The notes below the pieces were generated by a model that had not been told where the DNA came from, made no database searches, and saw only the letters and a program-made list of their open reading frames with translations. The position numbers were made by a program, and so were the translations under genes. A DNA stretch of 64,000 nucleotides from contig OZ024743.1 of NCBI GenBank assembly GCA_964016885.1, positions 91,202,001 to 91,266,000 on the forward strand, read 5' to 3'. Shown here piece after piece: positions 39,879 through 52,202 of this stretch (position 1 is the stretch's first letter; every line of letters starts with the position of its first letter). The DNA comes from Eledone cirrhosa (taxonomy: Eukaryota).

Positions 39879-41059
39879 AAGTGTATTTCTAGGCTTTTTT
39901 ACCGTTTTAATTTAGAATTTTACCCATTAAACGAACCGACCTTGTCTCCCCAGAATAAGCAGACAACAAACAAATCTTTTTCCACTGTGAATGAAATATC
40001 AACAATATAATAAAGCAAGATAGATATGTTGCAGAGCTACAGGGAATGACAAAATCAAATGACTGGAATAAACACCGCTTGGAGTGCGTGTTAAGCTGAG
40101 CCTCGTTCTGATGACATATTTCTAACAGAACAAAGTTAAGTTTTCAGAGTTCGATTCCTGCCTCTTCAGTTTTTCCAATTTGAAAATTTTATTCACAATT
40201 GTATGAATAATATTGCAAATGAAAAAAGAAAAGAAAAAAACTCATACAAGCAGGTAATAAACACTTCTTGGACCACATACAACAAAAGCAAGTGAAAGGG
40301 GTGGTCAAACGAACCGCTTCCAGAACAAAAGACATCGCGAGGAGCACTGGAAAACGTTTCTAATAATTTTTTAGGCAAGTCAGTACGCTCGCAGGGTTAC
40401 CTCGGGTTAAGGGCCTTGTTTCAGGGGGGTACCAGGGGACAAGCCCCCCCCCCCCCCCCACACACACACACTTTTTCAAATGTCTGTTTTATTTTTGTTT
40501 ATTTGTTAAGTTTATTTTCATATCTGAACTTCATTTGAATATATAAAATTTAATTAGCGTAAAATTTTACTTATGTGACAAGGTCCGGGAAATTCACCAT
40601 AAGCAATTTATGCTCCTTTAAGAATCAACAAATGTTGGTTTGTCCCCCCCCCCACATTTTAAAGACAAACGAGGCCCCTGCTTCGGGTGATGGCGAGGTT
40701 GATGCGCTGGAACAACCAAGCGCCCTCACGGGCATCACCAGTTACCTCGGTTCGGCGAGCCGCCAGTGATGACAAGAACCTCGCATAGTTTTTTTTTTTG
40801 AGAGAGAGAGAGAGGGGAGGGACATCACAATGCAGATAACTATGAATATTGAGACGGGAAAAAGTGGCCAGAAACACTTGTGAGAATCAAATCACGCACC
40901 TATCGTAAAACTCCATAGATATTTATGCATTTTACATAAACTAATGCATGCATATTTTATTTTCTCTAAAAGAACATTAAAAAACACTCAATGGTGAAAT
41001 AACGAATTTTTAACACATTATCAAAAGATTAATAATTTGCAAAAACAAAGTAATAAGAT

Positions 41060-41666
41060 TTCTTCTTCTTCTTCTTCTTCTGCCACATATTTCTGGGAGG
41101 ATCAAGAGGGAAGAGTCCTTAAACACGCCTTCCAGTGGGTCCTGTCAGAAGCAACCATCTCCAATTGATCCGACTGGATCCCCAAGCGTGACCAGCCAAG
41201 CTCATGGATGTTATCCAACCATCTTGTTCGGGGTTTACCTCTAGGTCTCCTGTCGGCTGGTTTTGCCTGTAAAATCTGTCCAACGTTTCTTTCGTGAGAC
41301 ATTCTAACCAAATGCCCATAGTATCGGAGCTGTGATCTCTCAATTCGGAGAAGTAGCGGCTCTGCTTGGAGTGACTCTCTGATCTCCGAGCTATGCACTC
41401 TATCGATTAACGTTATTCCAAAGACCCTTAGAAGGAACCCCATTTCGACCGCTTGTATTCGCGATCGTATTCTTTCAGTCATTACCCAACGTTCACGACC
41501 ATAGGTAAGGGTTGGCAGGAATACCGAATTGAAAATAGCTAGTTTGGCTTTTATACCTAACCCCCGTCGTCTGATGACCGAATGCTAAAACTGGCGCATT
41601 ACTGCACCAGCTCCTACAATTCTTGCAGTTAACTCAGCTTCCTGCCTACCATCACTCGTAAGCATA
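41060..41666 (-). mobile_element. 5'-truncated RTE-like LINE (ORF2 C-terminus)
   Basis: MLTSDG..FLPTLTYGRERWVMTERIRSRIQAVEMGFL..QLRYYGHLVRM..RPRGKPRTRW; (GAA)n tail. Confidence 0.88.
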
Positions 41667-43972
41667 TGTAGCAGTTGCCTCCCTTGTTGTGACACTCACA
41701 ACACCATCTAGACAGGAAGTAGAACCCTTTCTGTAACTTCCGGTCAGAACCCTATAAAACTAACAACTTTAAGTTCTCACTCTCTCATTTGCCCTTCCGG
41801 CGCCTGGCCTTGGCCAGGCGTCTTCTGCCAGCCTGCATTTGCCTGGCAATCGAAATGGTGACTGCTAACTTTGCTTCATTCTTTCGTTTGTTCATTGACA
41901 TGTCAACTATACTGTTAAATTGTTGATTAAATGTTATACACACAAACAACGTCTCTTTGTTACATTCATACAACCCAGTATCCCGCTATATTGGTAACCC
42001 TGACGTGATACGAACACGCAGCCGTTCATTGTTATAAGTGGTCACCCCGAAAAAAGAAAAAAATAGCAGAATCTGGTGTTGTGTAAGTAACATTACGAAT
42101 ACACAGCAAATTTATTGACAAACTATGAAAATACTCAATCAAAGAAACGCACACACGCACATGTGAAATTCGCGTTCAGACAGACTTTTTCTCTCACGCA
42201 TCAACTAACTGTCGCATTTCACAATATATATATGTTTCTCGTTCCCTACAACGAACACTTTCAAAAAAAAAAAAAAAAGAAATTTGATATTTTTTTTTTT
42301 TTTTAAACATTTCAACAAGAACATTTATTTTCGATGAACCATTGTCTTTTTTTTTTTTTTCATCGTTTTCTTCATCGTTCAAGTTTTTTTTCAAAGTTCA
42401 CACCAATAATTATGCTGAGTGAAGCCTTTCTTTTTCATCATTGTCACTTTCACACTTGCACTATCATTTTCTCGCGCGTTAGAAATATTATTTTTTCAAC
42501 CTAACTTAACCTTGTATTGGCACGTGTAGGCAGCACAAATTCTCAACTCACGGAGATATCTCGACTCACAGAGATAGCCGCACGCCAGAGATAACGTTTC
42601 TCTCCAAGGATTCTTCAGCCTTAAGCTATATTCTCCTATTTGCCGGTTTAAAAATTTACCACGTAAATTTGCCGTTGAAAACTGCGCATTTATTCAGAAT
42701 GCTTATTTCTTTGGTCGCTGGCCTCTTGACCCTTCCAGATCAACGCATTCTCAACATCGACCATCAACTTCGGCTGTTATTTCTAACACTTTGCGCAACT
42801 CATTTTTTCCGAAAAAATTTTTTTTATTGTGAATTTAAACACCGAATACGCTCACTCCGCGAGACAACAACACAGCTTCATCAACAACCAAAACCAGCAG
42901 AACAAGCCAGAGAATTTATTTTTGCAGCACTCTTCCTGTGAGAAAATCCATTCGGAGGTTGGAAATTTCACGATATACCACAGAACAGAAACCACCTGCA
43001 TTCATTCTCTGGAACACACTTTCTTTCCTGCTGTCATGTGATTGCACACCTGTGAACTATATTTTGTACATTTGAACTTTGAGCTCTTCTCTTACTTTAT
43101 TACATTGTATCTTTGGGTGATGGATAGATAGATGTCCAGTCGTTCTCTGGCCAAGAGCGGTTGGCTACCTTGATATCTATCATTGATTTTTGCAAACATT
43201 CTTTTGTCGTAATTTTCATGCCTGTTACAACATTCTCGCCAACTTGCTACATATTTCATTCGATTTTTATATTCTAAAATTCTGGCGGGAGGTTATGTAG
43301 CAGTTGCCTCCCTTGTTGTGACACTCACAACACCATCTAGACAGGAAGTAGAACCCTTTCTGTAACTTCCGTTCAGAACCCTATAAAACTAACAACTTTA
43401 AGTTCTCACTCTCTCATTTGCCCTTCCGGCGCCTGGCCTTGGCCAGGCATCTTCTGCCAGCCTGCGTTTGCCTGGCAATCGAAACGGTGACTGCTAACTT
43501 TGCTTCATTCTTTCGTTTGTTCATTGACATGTCAACTATACTGTTAAATTGTTGATTAAATGTTATACACACAAACAATGTCTCCTTGTTACATTCATAC
43601 ACCGCTAGAGTTTCCGCTATATCTGGCGGGAGGTTATGTAGCAGTTGCCTCCCTTGTTGTGACTCACAACCCCAATAGATTAACAACATCTAGACGGGAA
43701 GTAGAACCCTTTTTGTAACTTCCGGTCAGAACCCTATAAAACTAACAACTTTAAGTTCTCACTCTCTCATTTGCCCTACCGGCGCCTGGCCTTCGCCAGG
43801 CGTCTTCTGCCAGCCGCGTTTGCCTGGCAATCAAAACGGTAACTACTAACTTTGCTTCATTCTTTCGTTTATTCATTGACATGTCAACTATACTGTTAAA
43901 TTGTTGATTAAATATTATACACACAAACGATGTCTCCTTGTTACAAATCATACAACCCAGTATCTCGCTATA
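41667..43972 (+). mobile_element. Non-coding LTR element with three LTRs, PBS(tRNA-Trp), PPT and CATA TSD
   Basis: LTRs 41667-41990, 43296-43621, 43637-43972 (TGTAGC...GCTATA); PBS TGGTAACCCTGACGTGAT at 41992-42009; GGCGGGAGG tract before LTR2 and LTR3; CATA at 41663-66 and 43973-76. Confidence 0.88.
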
Positions 43973-44598
43973 CATACATAGCCTGTTGGAAGTGGTATCA
44001 TGACTGGCGGGTGTAGGATCAGACGGCTGGTATTTGCAGAGACAAGGTATTACTTAACTCATCAGAAGCTATTAAAAATTATAAATAGATTTGGTTTTAT
44101 CTTTTGCTATTTTATTTTTTTACTGTGTGGAAGATTTGTCTAGTTGGAGTGCAGGATTTTGTCCGATGAGTACACGTGTTTGTGGAATGCTCAGCCACTT
44201 GCAGGTTAATTTTGTGAGCAGGCTGTTCTATTGTTCGAACAATTGGAACATTCCAGTGACATAGCTAGATTGTGTGCCGCCCGGGACAGCCCTTGAGTTT
44301 GCTCACACCAAAGACACTTTTTATTTTGATACAACCTATATAGGCTAATAACAACAGACCCCAAAGTACTGTCCTCATAAAAGTGTCATCAGGCGCAGAT
44401 CACATCTCCTACCCTAGCTATACTACTACAACATTTGTCACCGGAACCGACGGAGGTCCAACAACGCATTGCCAGGTTACTAAGTAAGTCAGATAAACAA
44501 GTTATTAAATTGCGCATAAGGTACAGCCAGTGACGCTATGCGAACTCATGGGTGGTTGAAAGGCGAAAACACCTTTATCCAATTGAGACTCCAATAAG

Positions 44599-44750
44599 CA
44601 GACCTGTCAACCTCTAAAAACCCAATCGGGGAGTACAATGAAAAAAAGTACCCCCAAAATGCGGAGATTTTACATAATGAAAGCTACACCTCATCCACCC
44701 CAAAGCGGGTAGAAGATCTCTCTGTCGCTCGGGGAGAGTTGACAGGTCTG
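44599..44750. mobile_element. 152-bp MITE with 13-bp TIR and 6-bp TSD
   Basis: AATAAG-CAGACCTGTCAAC...GTTGACAGGTCTG-AATAAG. Confidence 0.8.
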
Positions 44751-45761
44751 AATAAGTGAATTAGACTGTGAATAATACTAGGCGGAACTATGGGATAAAA
44801 CAGTAACTAAGGGAGTGAAATATGAAAGATATCTATCGTCTGCTGGTCTTTCACTTGGTTAGGTCGCTTACAACATTAATTAACGACGACAATAAAAGCA
44901 ACTTCTGCAAACATGTTAGCATATTATCTATAGAAATAATATTTTAGCGATCTTTCATAAATGGTTGACGGAATGTAAACAATGAAATCGATGCACTCAA
45001 ACACTTATTTTTATAAGAGAAAAGTGCCACGTTTTTCTTCGTTGAGTGCTCATTCGGTTAATGATACTGTAACGGAATATTATGTGTGGTTGTAACGACA
45101 AGTGGATGGATGGATGTAACTGTTGGTATGGTGGTTTCAGTGTAAATAAAAATACCAGGAGTGTTGTTACAAAGTTTATTTTATTACAACAATATTCAAT
45201 TTGAATATTGAATGATAAAATAATTGACACAAAATATTCATACAATAATTTGGTGGCTCTTCGAGCCACGTAAATTCAAATATCACAGAATACGACTATA
45301 ATATGTGTAAACAGAAATGAATGGTGCGTGTACAAATGTTGGACTCACTATGAATTGCGTGTGTGCGGCGTATCAGTATATTTACTTATTTGTATTGCAG
45401 GAGTCAGCGATCAGTTAGGAAGGTGAGAATAAGTGGTAGACTGGTTTTCGTGACGAGAGCCTGTAAATGAGACTCGTCTTGTCTGTATCCACTGTTTTTC
45501 TGTTTTTGGCGTAAACAATCCCTCTATTTATAAGTGTTAAAGTTAGAAGGATAGATATATCCTCTGAACTTTGGTTAGTCTCCCAAGGGATTAGTTTGCC
45601 AAGCGTAAACAAGTCAGAAAGATGGATATATCCTCTGACCTATTTTCTGTCAGGCGTAAACACCTCTGACCTGTGTTTAGCCTCTCCCAAGGGGTTAGTC
45701 TCTTGAGCGTAAACAAATTACCACGACTTGTCCCAGAGGCGGGAAAGCTCAGATTCGGGGC

Positions 45762-46429
45762 ATACGTCAAGACGGGCGGTCAGGAAAGTGAAAGTAATTT
45801 TTGACACGGTGAATTTTTTTTTTTTTTTAACAACAGGTCCCAATAGTGAAAGTTACGATACACACGCAATTGTATGGATTTCTTAATATATATATATGTG
45901 TGGGTGTGTATATGTGTGTATATATATGTGTGTCTGTATGTATATATATATGTGTGTTTGTATATATATATGTGTTTGTGTCATCATCATCGTTTAACGT
46001 CTATCTTCCACGCAAGCATGGGTTTAGACGTATATATATGTTTGTGTGTATATATGTGCTTGTACATCTCGCCAAACTTGTTTGCACCAACTCTCTGTCC
46101 CCAAAGAAATTAAGGTCGGGTCATCAGAAAGACAGAGAATGATAAGGGATTTGGGTCAGAAACCCATGCTTGCGTGGAAGATAGACGTTAAACGATGATG
46201 ATGACACAAACACATATATATATACAAACACACATATATATATATACATACAGACACACATATATATACACACATATACACACCCACACATATATATATA
46301 TTAAGAAATCCATACAATTGCGTGTGTATCGTAACTTTCACTATTGAGACCTGTTGTAAAAAAAAAAAAAAAAAAAATTCACATTGTCAAAAATTACTTT
46401 CACTTTCCTGACCGCCCGTCTTGACGTAT
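45762..46429. repeat. Inverted duplication, ~265-bp arms, ~130-bp spacer
   Basis: 45762-46025 is the reverse complement of ~46159-46429; identical spurious ORF starts on both strands. Confidence 0.9.
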
Positions 46430-46574
46430 CTCCAGATTCGGTTTCGAATCTTCGCCGCCGTTATAATACCATCATCATTCTTATCACACTGATCGTCATC
46501 ATTACCACTACCAACTCTGTAAGAATCATCATCATCATTGCCGCCGCCACCACCAATACTGCCACCTCTATCAT

Positions 46575-49500
46575 TGTGGTTAGAAAAAGCTAGCTCACTT
46601 ACCGCTTTTCACAGGCGCCGCTAAATCCCACTGCTGGTTTCTCCTCTTCCACGTGCGTCCAACTCATTAACACCGGGAGCTGCCAAAACTCGCGTCCACA
46701 CCGTTGCTGGTCACCACTAGAGAGAGGCCGATCTGCTGGCCCTTCCGGCCAAGCACCCTTCCGGTCGAGCACTCCCCCGCTTCCGGCCACCGCACGCCAC
46801 ACCATACCCACACGCCCCCCTGATCTCAAGGATCAATTTCCCCCTCGTCCTTCTGCATATGAAAGTCTGCTGTCCAGATTGGTGGTTTGCGACTTCTTTG
46901 CGATCTCCGCAGTGTTGGGGCGGCACTTTGGGTTTCCTCTTCCTCGGAGTCCGTTGACACAGTGATTCTACGGACATCCAGGACATGACGTGGTACTCCG
47001 TCCACGGACACATTGTTCTGGGAATTTACGGCCGTCACCGTTCCCCTTCCCCATTGAGATGTGCAACGTGCATCTGGGGGCTTAACCCAGACTTCTTCGC
47101 CCACCTGCACGAATGCACTCTCTCTCCCCACTGGCCGTTGTGGTGGCGTGCACGGGTGCCGTCACTCGTTACTGAATACTGCTCTGTGTGGCACCGATTC
47201 CTCGACCTGTCCCACCCTAGGGGACATGTTGTACCAGAACACTGCCTCCATTGGTGAGATATGGCCCCGCTCCGCCATTGCCTTGATCGTCCGGTGGTGT
47301 CGCTCCACAATTCCATTCCCGCTCGGCCTGTGCGCTGCTCTGAAGAAACGGTCCACCTTCCATCCATCGAGCATCTCCCTCAGCGCCTCCGAGCGGAACG
47401 CTGCGCTGTTGTCCATCAGTAGTTCGTCCACAGGGCTCCGCTCCAAGAACACCTCTCTCAACGTCCGCATGATTTCCTCGGCCGTTCCAGTCTTCATCTC
47501 CCTCCATATCGCCATCCGTCCTGTTCCACAGTCGACCATCGAGAGGTACGTTCCCTGTCGGTAGTGCGTTACATCCACCGCCAATCGCTTTCAGTCGCGA
47601 TCCATCGGGAGGCTTCCCGTTTCGTGCACACCCGGGGCGGGATCAATGGACTGACATCGGACGCAGCCTCTAACCACCCTTTGAACACTGTGTCTGTTAA
47701 CGTCCGAGTCGATTCTCCTGGCTAGGAACAGGCTCCCATCCACTCCCATGTGGTGCATGTCATGCAACCATTTCAGATCCGACTCGGTCAGCCGACACAC
47801 GGCAGCTATCTCATCTTCTACCTCCTCCGGCGCTTCCATCCAGGCTTTCTTCACCCTAGTTAAGACGTCCGCCCTATTTTTCTCTGAGGGCACGAAAACT
47901 ACGCCCAGCTTCAGGTCGAACTCGGTGGCCAGCTCTCCTAAAGTCCCCAGGCGGCGCTTTATCAGCATCTCCGCTGCCCCTCTCGTTCGCACTCTCTTCT
48001 CACTGGTGAGCACTGATCTCACCCATCCGAGTACAGTAGCCGAGTCGGTGCGTATCTCGATGGTGCGCAGTCCCCACCTCAGGGCGAGGTTCACCCCTCT
48101 CAACGCTGTATCCAGTTCGGCCACATTGATGTGGTTGCAGTCGTCCTTCTTCCTAAGCCAGGCTGCATCCTCGACCTCAACACCTCCTATCTCCAACGTG
48201 ACACCCAGCGCTATGCTGCTGGCATCGCACCATACGGTCCCGCTCTGCGATTTGGGAACATACCAGCGTCCCCGCACTGGGTCGTCGGCCTTCACCCTCC
48301 CCACGATCTCCTGCATCATGGCCACCGTCCTCTCTCCCACTCTGTCACTCCTCCCGCTCGTCTCTTGACATAGCTGCATGCCGTCCGGAGCCACCCAGCA
48401 ATCGGGTAGTGACCCACCAACTTTCCACACACTGAGAAAAGCTCCCGCCTACTCATACTTGGGCCCAGTTCTGGAACTTCATTTCCCCTCTGGAATACCA
48501 AGACGTCCGTCCTGTCTCGCCGTAGCCTAAGTCCCAGCGCGGCTCCTCCCTCCAACGCTTTTGACGGCTTCGCAGCCAGTCCATACCCCTGTAAATGGCT
48601 CGTGACCTCCGCTGCCGACACCACAGACTCGTCCACTAGGATGTCGTCAATGTAAGAGTTAGTGGCCCTTTTCATATTGTCGGCCTTTCCCAGAATGGTC
48701 TTGAGGACCGCCGCCATGATCTTCTGTGCGGAGCTCAGACCGAAACCGAGCCTGGTCAGGCAATATGTCCGGCCCTTATACCAGACCAGCTGATACTGCC
48801 AGAGCTTCTCATCTATATGCAATTGCAAGTATGCCGACTTTAGATCTACGATTGCTGAACCCCCCGTCATGCGTCCCCACTCACGCAGGATTTCCCCCAC
48901 AGACATCCGTGACCTCGCCACCCGTGTGGCATGACACGTGCTCGTTCAGCTCCCGAAAGTCCAGCACCGGCCTCACCATGTTCTTCGTGGGTTGCGCCAC
49001 CGCCATTAACGGCAATACTCCGCACTTCACCTCCTCTTTCCAGGGAAGCAGTATGCCCTCCTCAATCCATCTCTCTACCTCTCGCTCGAACTCGCTCCTA
49101 ATGTTTCTCTTCAATGTGTGTTGATAGCCGCCCACTTTGGTCTTCAGTGTTGGTGGTTCTCCCTTCCAGTACCACTCAACAACCCATCGAACACGGCCTT
49201 GAAGTCTTTGTCCTGCACAGTGTAAGCGGGGTATTTCTCCTCGTGGGCCTTCTGGTTCTCGTACTCACAGCGCATACCGATGCAGCGGCGCAAAACGACA
49301 CAACGACGTTGTTCACTGTGACGCCTCCTAGACGGCCAATTGCGTCCATGCCCATAACCACGCCGATCCCATCCACCACGCTGTCTACTACGATGGCAGA
49401 AAGCCTTATTTTCTTTCCCCGTACCGCTATTTCCATCTCGCTGCGACCTCGGCATTCAATTTTCCTGCCGTCGACTGCCCTTACGCTGCTCTTCCCTCTC

Positions 49501-50722
49501 CACCTCTGCGCCACCAGTGTCGTCGTACAGCCCGTGTCCACGAGGGCTCGCTGTGGCTTTCCCCTCACGAAGACTTCCACCACGGGCAGCGCCTCTACTC
49601 GTAAGAGGCAACAACCGGCTCAGTAGTTCCCCTTGGATCGTTTCCCTGGTCGCAGTTAGTAGCGATGTGGCCTGGTCGCTTACACCGGTAGCATATTATT
49701 TCCGGCCTTGACTATCTACAGTCTCTAGCCATGTGCGGGCCCTGGCACCTAAAACAGCGACCTCTAAACGTTCGCGGGCGACCGCGTGCCGTGGTTGCCT
49801 CCCTTTCACCATTTCGCTGCCAGCTGTCTTGAGCCTCTGTAGTTCCTATCGCCGCGACACTCTTCTTGGCAGCTTCTGCTATGATCCGGGCTTGTTCCAC
49901 CAGTGAACACATTTCCATTTCTTTGTAACCCGGGACTTGCTGCAGTTTCACCGCTATGTCGTCTGGAAATCCATTTATGAACGCCAACCGCACCGTGCGT
50001 TCGCATTCCACCTGATATCCAGCCAACATGGCCAATCGCCGTATTTCCGCTGCGAAAATGTCAACGCGTTCACCGTTCCATCTAATTCTTGCCAGCTTAG
50101 CGAAAGCGGCTAACGGTCCCTCTGCGAACGCTTCCATCATGCGCCTCTCAATATTTTGCGCATCTCTTTGGCTGTGTTCATCCAACTCAAGGAAGAGTAC
50201 CAACGCGTCCCCCTCGAGGTACAGTGCCATGAGTCCAGCCACATCTTCTATCTTCTGTAAGCTTGCGACCAGCCGGACTTTTCGCAGCCAAGCGACAACA
50301 TCACCTTCACCGGTAAATGCCCTGATCGCTTCGCTTATTCGTAGTCTCGTCGCCATATCCTAATTTGTCTTGCGGTACGTGATAAAAAAAACAACAGACT
50401 CCTCTCTGTTTTTCCAGTAGCTTTTTTTTTTTTTCAATCAGATCTCAATTTCCAGTGCCGAAATAGCTTGTGGTTAGAAAAAGCTATCTCACTTACCGCT
50501 TTTCATAGGCGCCGCTAGATCCCACTGCTGGTTTCTCCTCTTCCACGTGCGTCCAACTCATTAACACCGGGAGCTACCAAAACTTGCGTCCACACCGTTG
50601 CTGGTCACCACTAGAGAGAGGCCGATCTGCTGGCCCTTCCGGTCGAGCACCCTTCCGGCCAAGCAATCTTCCGGTCGAGCACTCCCCCGCTTCCGGCCAC
50701 CGCACGCCACACCATACCCACA
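46575..50722 (-). mobile_element. Compact (4.15 kb) full-length LTR retrotransposon, Ty3/gypsy domain order gag-PR-RT-RH-IN, inactivated by stops/frameshifts
   Basis: LTRs 50469-50722 and 46575-46812 (TG..CA, a few substitutions plus a 16-bp indel); ATCAT TSD; PPT AGGGGGGCG; gag with two CCHC knuckles; ALVDTGC protease; RPVLDFRELN/VDLKSAYLQ/RLGFGL/YIDD RT; WCDASS..ELD..TDS..NRAD RNase H; HHCC + DDE integrase. Confidence 0.95.
50457..50468 (-). other. Non-canonical primer-binding site complementary to nt 1-12 of tRNA-Phe
   Basis: Plus strand GCCGAAATAGCT directly abuts the LTR at 50469 and equals the conserved metazoan tRNA-Phe(GAA) 5' end GCCGAAAUAGCU(CAG), as recalled. Confidence 0.7.
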
Positions 50723-51213
50723 ATCATCACCATCATCATTGCCACCATCATCCTCATCCTCATCGCCATCTTCACCCCCTACATCCTTATCATCATCATC
50801 ACCATCATCATCATCATCTCCACTACCACTTCCACCTATTCCCTCCTTCCCTCCGTCATAATCATAATCATCATCATTTTCATCGAATGAAAAAAAAATC
50901 TGTTTAGAATTAATCTTGGGTAATTTAAATTTACTTTTTCATTAAAAAATTACAATTTGATAAATGAAATCAATTATCGATTCCTCACAATTAAATGTAT
51001 ATATATATTTAGACGGTGAATTGGCAGTCATTAGAACGATGGATAGAATGTTTTACGGTATTCGTTTCAACCCTCTGTAATCTGAGTTCAAATCACACCG
51101 AGATCGACTCTATCTTTCATCCTTTCGAGGTCGATAAATAAAGTACTAATCAAGCGCTGGGTAGATTCTCTCCCTCATCTCTCTCTTTCTCTCCCCTATC
51201 TTCTCTCTCTCTC

Positions 51214-51244
<31 letters not shown>

Positions 51245-51340
51245 CCATTCCTACAACAGAGGTCCGACGAGCTTTCGATTACAGAGTCGGGCCAGCACGA
51301 ACCTTGAGCTGATCAGTACCCTTATGCCAAAAGTAGAAAC

Positions 51341-51402
<62 letters not shown>

Positions 51403-51976
51403 GGAAATTTAGTAAAATCGAATCTCTGGCGGTTTGCAAGTAAATTCGGCCTACTTATATGAAATGATGAGTTAGCAAAGCACTCAATAAGTTAGGTCCT
51501 TAGAGTAATAACATACGTTTAAATAGCTTGACAAATCGAACATTGTGGTAGGCAAATCTAACACACAATACTATACCAAAGTAACGATAGAACTAACAGG
51601 TTGAGAAAAATACACCTGGACAAATCAAACGATTAATCATTAAATTGTTTATTTGAATCCGAAATCAAATATCAGACTTACGTGACTGACAAGCTCGTGG
51701 TATTCATGATCGAACGGAGGATTCAGTTTTTCAACAGGCTTTTCGTTCTACCCAGAACTGGGGTGATAGGCTAAATGTTGCTGCTAAATGTGGCGTATCG
51801 TATCTATAGCTGTCACGTGTTTATTCCAGCAAGGGAAATAACCCTCGGTTTTTGGCGGGTCATTCAAAATGTTAGACAAAGGAAATATTTTAATTTCCGT
51901 TAATCATCATGATAACCTCTCAACTAGATGTTATAAAACAAACACAAATAATTAACCAATCAACAGAATTGTCTAA

Positions 51977-52043
<67 letters not shown>

Positions 52044-52135
52044 ATATTATATTTGCTCTACGGTTCTTATATATTTGATATATATTTATCCTTATCGAGC
52101 CCTCTTTGGATTTTAATCTTCAAATTTATTATTAT

Positions 52136-52202
<67 letters not shown>

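Noticed and set aside
41785-43975. Three similar short minus-strand ORFs as a gene family
   Set aside because: They are antisense readings of the three LTR copies.
50452-50463. Canonical PBS for the tRNA-Phe 3' end (TGGTGCCGAAA)
   Set aside because: Only GTGCCGAAA matches, on the wrong strand and lacking TGG; it follows from acceptor-stem symmetry, and the 5'-end match is longer.
50584-50907. His-rich / Ser-rich ORFs
   Set aside because: LTR end plus (CAT)n simple repeat.
51680-51730. Hammerhead-like CTGACAA..GAAC
   Set aside because: Two core violations and no stem I/III pairing.
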